Origin: Camelus ferus | Lineage: Eukaryota | Direction of reading: 5' to 3' | Assembly: GCF_009834535.1 (NCBI RefSeq) | Contig: NC_045720.1 | Span: forward strand, 930,001 to 994,000 | DNA: 64,000 nucleotides | Shown: positions 56,680 to 64,000 of the stretch, piece by piece | Position numbering within the stretch: position 1 is the stretch's first letter | How the letters are laid out: every line of letters starts with the position of its first letter | Made by a program: the position numbers and the translations under genes | The notes under the pieces: model-generated | Databases searched by the model: none | What the model was told of the DNA's origin: nothing | Seen by the model: only the letters and a program-made list of their open reading frames with translations

Positions 56680-57650
56680 CAAATATGCTGTGGACTGGAT
56701 TGTGTCCCGTGAAAGATGCTTAAATCCTGACCTCAGAATGAGACCTGACTTGGAAACAGAGTTGTTGCGGATGTCATTAGCTGAGGTGAAGTCACCGTGG
56801 AGTACGGAAGGCCCTAATCCAATCGGACTGGTGTCCTTACAAGGAGTCAGAGACGCACAGGGAAGACCCACGATAACCGAGCCAGATACGAAGCCACGTG
56901 GCCACGAGCCAAGGGATGCCAAGGATGGCCGTACCACCAGGAGCTGAGAGGCAGGTTTCAGAGGTACACCACTGGGCCAGTTCCTTGACCTCACACTTCT
57001 GGCCTGTAGAACTGAGACAGGTTTCCGTTGTCTGTTTTATTTTTCCTTTTTCAGTCTTATTTTGTAGAATTTAATTACAGTTTGACTGCACATACACATT
57101 ATATTGCATGTAAATACATATATACAGTATACTGCACATTTTTTTTAGTTTATATATATGTGCTAATTGTTTCTAAGAACAGATTAGATCTTTAGCTTTT
57201 TAAACTTACATAGTTATCAAAGGAATAAAGCCAACTACAAAATAAGAATCAACAGAATGTGGTAACTAATCATAAAGGACAGTCAAATGTGCTGACACAG
57301 ATTCAAGAAATCAAAATAATAGTTCATTTGTGTCCTTATTATTATTGTTATTATTTTTTAGATTCTTCATATAAATTATGTCATATGGCATTTTTTTCTT
57401 TCCAGCTGACTTCACTTANNNNNNNNNNNNNNNNNNNNNNNNNNNNNNNNNNNNNNNNNNNNNNNNNNNNNNNNNNNNNNNNNNNNNNNNNNNNNNNNNN
57501 NNNNNNNNNNNNNNNNNNNNNNNNNNNNNNNNNNNNNNNNNNNNNNNNNNNNNNNNNNNNNNNNNNNNNNNNNNNNNNNNNNNNNNNNNNNNNNNNNNNN
57601 NNGTGAATAAATTTCTGTTGGCTTCAGCCACCCAGTTTGTGGCACTTTTG
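56680..57650 (+). mobile_element. MLT1 (MaLR) LTR, interrupted by AT-rich sequence and an N gap
   Basis: TGCTGTGGACTGGATTGTGTCCC...GGCCCTAATCCAAT...CTGGTGTCCTTA...; end AATAAATTTCTGTTG...CCCAGTTTGTGGCACTT. Confidence 0.75.
57419..57602. other. Assembly gap (N run)
   Basis: 184 N. Confidence 1.
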
Positions 57651-59358
57651 AGGTACATTTGGGGTATGGTTGTCCCAGGAGACGGATACAACCCACTCAC
57701 ACAAACAGACATCAGAGTAAAATTGTTCGGTGCAGGAAGAGGCCGTCCACAGTCCTGAGCTATGGAAACCACGAAGCTATTAAGAGCAGGGAGGGACGAG
57801 GAGGCTCCTTGAGAGGCGGACAAAATATACGAGCAGAAGGACGTGGAGGGTGTGGTTCCACTACTTTGAGGGAAACAAGCCAAAATCATGTGCTCACTTT
57901 CACGGCCCTAGACAAGCACTCGAGGACACACTCGCTGTCAGCAGACTATCCCTCTGGCCTGAGGACCAGGTGGGGGGGTCTAGTCTCTGCTGTTTCCCAG
58001 GGGGATCCTTTGTTTAGTGTGAGGCTTATATTGACCTGTAACTTGGAATAAATTTCACTAAAACAACGTGAACTCGGCTCTCTTTTCCAGATAAAGTTGC
58101 CTAATTTATTGGTCAAGGGAATGAGGACCTCACCCCTCCCTACCCCCACCCAGGGGAAGGTCTACACTTTTCACGCTGGCAGTCAGACCACAGGGACTCC
58201 TGGGGAGGGGGGTTCAATAGGTCACAGACAGGGACGAGGTAGCAACAACACACCAGCTTGGGTGTTCTGTGCCCCAAGTGGGAAGGTGTGGATGCTGTGC
58301 TCTGTGGGCCAGGTCCCGAGAAGGCTGCTGGGCGAGTCAGGGAGAGAACGTGTGTGAGGGCGTGGACTCCCCACAGCACCAGGGCCCAGACCAGGGACGA
58401 GACTCAGCTGTCAGTCTCCAGCGGCACACCTGTCCTGTCCCAAGGTGACTCATATATCCTCTGCCCCAGATAAATACAGATAAAGTGGCGGCTGGGTCAG
58501 CAAGCTGCTGGCCAGGTGCACCTGCCCTGAGAAGGCTGGTACACCTTATGGGACACCTACCTCGAGGACCCCACCACTCTGCCCCTGGGGACATGGCAAC
58601 AGGGCACTGGCAGTGCAGACCTTATGGTGTCTTCACATTTCTTCACTACCACGCCTCTCCTTCTAAGGTGTCAGGATGGCAGCGTGTCGTCAGGAACAAC
58701 GTGCAAGTGCACGCGGAGGCCGCTGTGTCCCTCACCGCCTGCCAGCTGCCGCTCCCTCAAAGCCATCTCCACCGGCGCCCGCAGAGCCAGGCACAGAGAA
58801 AACTGCAGTCTGGGACTAACCAGCCAGCACAGGGGAGCAGGTGTGCTTGCTGTGCAGCGGCCGCCAAGCGCTAGGGTAACCTGCTGGGATCCATCCATAA
58901 TCATCGGCAGGTGGAATGTAGTTAATTTCGTGATTCTGAATTGTTCACATTTAACCCCACATGGTCACAGCAGGAGGTAAAAGCATCGTGAAGGATTACA
59001 AACCAGAACCAGTGACCCAGCCCCTGGCCAGCTGATCCTGCAGGACGAAGCTGTCTCTGTTGTGCTTATTGTCCAAGACCGGCCATTCACACTTGCGCTG
59101 AAAGGCCCCCTGAGGGCCTTCACAACTCCATGTGCTGGCTGGGAACAAACTAGCCACTGTCCTGCCCACAGCTCTGAACTGGAAGAAAAACACAAGCACT
59201 GGTGCAAAGATTTGGATTCTATAAACAAAAGAGAAGCCACGTGGATGCTCCACTGGGGAGATCTGTTTACTCTGGAGGGCCCTGGGCTCCATGCTCGCGT
59301 GGCCTCAGTGGCCATGACTGTGTGACCCCCTCCCAGCTGGTCACTGACCCAGAGAACT

Positions 59359-59725
59359 GCTGCTGCAAACTGAATTGTTTCCACCCACCTCCAAACAAAA
59401 TTCAGTGTGAAGCCTTAACCCCAACGTGGTGGTGTTTGGAGGTGGGGCCTTTGGGTGCAATAACGTCATCAGGGTGGGGCCCCATGGTGGGACAGAACCC
59501 TTAAAAAAGGAGGAGACACCAGGGCTCTCCCTCCCTCTGCCACGTGAGCACATAGTAAGAAGGCGTCGTCCGCAAGCCAGAAAGTGGATCCTCCTCAGAA
59601 CCTGGCTGTGTTAGCGCCCTGATCTCACACTTGCGGCCCCAGAGCTGTGAGGAATACATTCCTGTTGTTTGTTTAAGCCTCCTGGTTTTTGTGTATTGCC
59701 ATGCAGGCCGAGCTGACTGACACAG
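59359..59725 (+). mobile_element. MLT1A-like LTR
   Basis: GTGTTTGGAGGTGGGGCCTTTGG...CCCTGATCTCACACTT...AATACATTCCTGTTGTTT. Confidence 0.75.
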
Positions 59726-61199
59726 ACCCAAACATGACCTAATGGCTATTTCCAACCTCCTTCAGTATGTATTAATGACCTTAAAATATAAATACCCTGT
59801 GAAATAAAATTCAAACATACTCATGACCCAGCTTCAAGCAACTCGTTTGCCAGTATTTTTTTGTTTCTTCTTTTTATAGAATTGTAAAGCAAATCCCTGA
59901 CATCATGCCATTTCACCCATAAGTGTGTCGGAATGCATCCTTAATAAGGACTTCTAAAAACAGAATCACCATTATCATCACAAAGTCCTTAATACCAAGG
60001 TCACGTTCAAATGTCCATGATTGTCTCGAAAATGCTTTTTGTAGCTGGTTTGCTCAAATTGGGGTGAGAGGTCCCTCAATGCAGTGCCTCTGGCGCTCTG
60101 CTAGCCCTTCACAGCCCCAACCTTTTCTCTCCGGAATTCTTCAAAAACAAAACAAAATCAAAATCCTTCACCAGTTATTTAGATAACCTGCAACAGCACT
60201 CATACAGGAAGGGGGTCAGGTGTCCTGTCCCCTGACCAGTTCTCCGAGTGAGAGCTGGTGCCCTTGTGAACCCCACTCAGCAGGTTTTGGGGCTGCACGA
60301 GAAAACATGCCTCAGGTTTAGAACAAAGAGGTCTTGGCCACCCCAGCGCCATGACACTGGCAGCTGCTGCGGGAATTATAAAGCCACAACAAAGAGGTCG
60401 CCTCTCCCCACAAAACCCTGTAGTGAACACGGCTACCTTAAGAGCCAACTTCAGGTGCCGATTCAAGGTCCAGGGCCAGCTCCCAAGGCTCTTCAGATGG
60501 TGCTGTCAGGGGTTCTGTGACAGACAGTCCTGGCCACAGTAGCAGAAGCGCCAACTGTTCTTCTGACCTCACCTGGTATTCGACTCATCTGTGCTCTTGG
60601 GAGCAGCAGGACTGGGCAGACCTCTAGCGCTTTTCCCACGATCTGTGGACGTCTGGTCACATGACACGGGGAGAAAAGTCTTCCCAAACTGCATGTGTTC
60701 AGGAATAGAAATAAAAGACACAATGCTATTTTACCAAAGATGGACTTTACCAAAATTAAAAGTTTTTCCTTACCAAAAGACAGTTAAATGAAAAGGCAGG
60801 CCACAGACTGGGAGAAAATATCCGCAGTACGTGTATCTGACAAAGGGCTCACATCCAGCACTAGAACACCTACCAACCAGTAACAGAAAGAAAAATGAAG
60901 CTTAAAATGGACATAATATTTGGATTCTCTCACCAAAAGATGTACATGGCTTATAAACACACGAGGAGGTACACTGGGCACAGGCATTTCGGGCAGCGCT
61001 TAGCAGGAGAACCCGAGCTCCTCCAGCCACTGATCACTGCGATAAAACAAGAACGGCTCCCTGGACTGGGCATCCACTACGTGTTCCAACGGCTGCACTT
61101 GGCCGACTGAGAGAGGACTAGTGTGAGGCACGGCCAGAAGAGCGGGCAAGGGTACCCAGGGCATCCTGCGCCATGGTTTTACAGGAAAGGCAGGAAAGG

Positions 61200-61920
61200 T
61201 CTAACGTAGACCTTTGTGGCAAGTTACGTTTCAGAAAGATCCCCCCGCGGTGAACAAAATCAGAAGGCGGCAAGGCGGGGCGGAGCGGAGCGGGGCGGGG
61301 CGGGGGGAAGACAGGGAGGTGACCACTGCCCACCGACAGTCGAGCGGAGAGAGGAAGGGGGCCGGGCAGAGGCGGGGACGGCGGAAAGGGAGAGGCGGGA
61401 ATGACCGAAGACGCCAATGGACTTGAAGCGCAGGCAAGGCGAGAGACGCGGCTCCCCCAGAGGAGGAGCCATGAACCGGGGCGCGGAGATGGGGTGCCTT
61501 AGAGACTAAGCCGGCAGCTGGACCCACACCCGGATCCTTCCGGAGCGCCCGGCGGAGTCACAGACGCGGAAGCAGCCTACGGCCACGGACGGGTCGCCCG
61601 GGGAGGGCGCCGCCGGAGAGCGCGCGGGCGGACGAGCCGAGGCGCGGAGGCGCGCTGGGGCAGCCGGGGCCGCGGGCGCACTGCTGACCGGCGGGCGGAC
61701 CCCGCAGGGCCGCGGAGAGCCGGGGGTGGGGGGTGGGGGGCGGGCGCAGCCGGCCGAGCCCCGCGCTCGCGGCCCCTCCCCCCGCTGCTCCCGCCTCCCA
61801 CTTCCGCTGACTTCCCAGCGGAAGTGCTCTTCCCGGAAGCGGCCCTCCCGCCCCTCCAGGCATTCGTCTTCCTGGTGCGCGCGAGTTCCGCCCACCTTCC
61901 CGGCCCCCGGAAGTGATGAA
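61200..61920. promoter_or_regulatory. CpG-island promoter with multiple ETS sites (syntenic position of the ZNF707 promoter)
   Basis: CGGAAGTG, CCGGAAGC, CCGGAAGTG and ACTTCCG motifs at 61800-61917, plus GC boxes; abuts an L1 at ~61920. Confidence 0.7.
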
Positions 61921-64000
61921 AATGTATCAAAATTTAGGGAATGCGGCTAAAGCAGTGTTTAGAGGAAAATTGCTGGCTTTAAACGTTTAAGTCAGAAAAG
62001 ATGAAAGGTCTGAAAACTAAAGCCCTAAGCTTCCACTTTCAAAAGCTAGAGAAGAGAAGGGAAAATTAGCTCAAAGGAGAAGGAAAGAAAGAAAATGATT
62101 CTACTTTCATGAAATAGACAAGAGACAATAGAGAAGATCAAGAAAAACCAAAGCTGCTGCTTTGAAAGGACTAAGGACGTGGGTAACGCTCTAGCTAGAC
62201 TGATCAGAAAAACACAAGACACAGTCTCCACCAGGGAAAGAGGGGACATCATTTCAAGTATAATTAGTTAAGTAAAATGGAATGCACAAAAACAATGAAA
62301 AAAACTTTAACAACTTTATGCCAACTTTATGCAATTGTATTAGATGAAATAAGTAATTCCTCGAAAGATACAAGTTACCAAAATTGGCACAAGACGAAAT
62401 AGAAAAATCTGAGTAAGTGCTGTATCTGTTAGAGAAATTGAATTTGTAATTTTCCCACAAAGAACTCCCCAGGATTTCACTGGTGAAAGCTATCAAACAC
62501 CTAGGGAAGAAATATTATTATGCAAACAAATTCAGAAAATAGATGTGGGGAGACTAATTCACAACTGAGAGCAATGTTACGCTGGTATCAAGACAAGGAC
62601 GTCCTCTCACCGCCTCTACTGAAAACTGTACAGAAAGCCCTAGCAGTGCAATAAAGCAAAAAAAAAAAAAAAAAAAAAAAAAGGAACAAAGTCTATATAA
62701 ACTGGAAAGGGAGAGGTAACATTCTTTGATTATCTACACAGAAAATGCTGAAGAATCTAGAAAAAAGCTATTGGAACCAATAAATGAATTTATCTAGGTT
62801 GCAGGATATGAGGTCAATTACAAAAGTCAAATCAATTTCTACACACTGGCAATGTCAATGGGAAAAAGGCTTTTTAAAAAAACAAGCTAGAACTCAAAAA
62901 GCATAAACTATTTTAAAAATTGGGGGCGGGGGGGCGGTGAGGGTGTAGCTCAGTGGTAGAGCACATGCCTAGCATGCACAAGGTCCTGGGTTCAATCCTC
63001 AATACCTCCATCAAGAAATAAAAAAAAAACAAAAACTTAATTATCCCACCCAATTTTTTTTTTTTTTTGGTAAATTGGACCTTTAAATTTTTTTAAGTTA
63101 AATCTGAAGAAAATTGAAAGGTAAGCCAAAGACTAAAAAATACTCATCACAAATATGTATTTGGAAGAGATTTTGACCCAAAATAGAAAAGACTCTTACA
63201 AGTAAATAGCAAGACAAACAGCCCAATTTTAAAGTGGGCAAAAGATGTGAACAGACACATCACAAAAGGTGAGACAGACTGGCAGCACGCACATGGAGAG
63301 ATGCTCACCATCACGGAGCAGGCGAACACAAACCAGAAGCATAAAGGTGTCACCTACGCCACTAGGTTTCAGAAGAGGGCTAATACCAAGTGTTGATAAG
63401 GACGTGGGCCACTGGAGCCCTGACAGTGGCAGAGGGTACAATGGCACAACCACTATAGAGAACTTCTGGGCTATTCCTTATAAAGTTAAAATTCATGTAT
63501 CTCATAATCCAGCAATTAAATTCCTAGGCACTTACCCAAGAGAAATAAAGAGGCATGTCCAAATAAAACACTTTTACACAAATGCTCATTGCAGTTTTAT
63601 TCATAACAGCCAAAACTGGAAACCCAAATTTCCACCAACAGGTGAATAATAAGCACTGTTTACCCCTACAATGGAACACTACTCACAAAGAGAAAGAGCT
63701 ACTGAAGCAGAAGTACTCAGCTGAGTCTTCAAAACGTGCCAAAGTGAAAGACGTCAGACACACAGGATTACATACCATGTGCATCGATTTACGTGAACCC
63801 CAGAACAGGCAAAACTAATCCACGCAGACAGAAAGTGGTTACTTGGGGCTAGCGTGGGATTAACCAGGAAAAGGCAAAAGGGACCATTTCTGGGTGAGAG
63901 AACTGTTATTTTTCTTGATTGTGATGGTGGTTACACAAGTACATGGATATGTCAAAATTCCGTACACTTAAAAATAGGTGTTCTACTGTATGGAAACTGG
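61920..64000 (+). mobile_element. Old L1 ORF2 and 3' end fragments
   Basis: GAAAATGTATCAAAATTTAGGGAATGCGGCTAAAGCAGTGTTTAGAGGAAAATT...; continues to an L1 3'UTR at the window end. Confidence 0.8.
62935..63035 (+). mobile_element. tRNA-Ala-derived SINE
   Basis: GGGTGTAGCTCAGTGGTAGAGCACATGCCTAGCATGCACAAGGTCCTGGGTTCAATCC plus A tail. Confidence 0.85.

Noticed and set aside
58690-58800. - strand MALRERQLAG|gtgag mini-exon as a possible ZNF start exon
   Set aside because: No similarity to the expected ZNF707 start and no compatible downstream exons found.

Overview
GC-rich mammalian genomic DNA, most likely from a camelid. The lineage call rests on eight near-full-length tRNA-Ala(AGC)-derived SINE copies and artiodactyl-type L1 3' ends. 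The window is syntenic, in reverse orientation, with the human 8q24.3 cluster. IQANK1 is on the - strand and partial, running off the left end. FAM83H is on +, MAPK15/ERK8 on - (14 coding exons, 551 aa) and CCDC166 on + (2 exons, 481 aa). An ETS-rich CpG-island promoter lies at ~61.2-61.9 kb, where ZNF707 would be expected, but no zinc-finger exon is visible. I reconstructed exon structures by hand from GT/AG sites and reading phase. Comparisons with human proteins and repeat consensi are from memory and were not database-checked. Main observations: (1) a phase-consistent 5-exon gene model for a 156-aa multi-pass membrane protein of no recognised family between MAPK15 and CCDC166; (2) a candidate nested antisense Gln/Glu/Leu coiled-coil gene in an IQANK1 intron; (3) RFX X-boxes at IQANK1, MAPK15, CCDC166 and, more weakly, the new membrane gene, suggesting a cilia/flagellum co-regulated cluster; (4) a 1-nt frameshift in the last exon of FAM83H; (5) start-codon and splice-acceptor lesions in IQANK1; (6) a GC-AG intron and an expanded 36-nt coding repeat in CCDC166. 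There are three N gaps: 4457-4648, 20742-20969 and 57419-57602.
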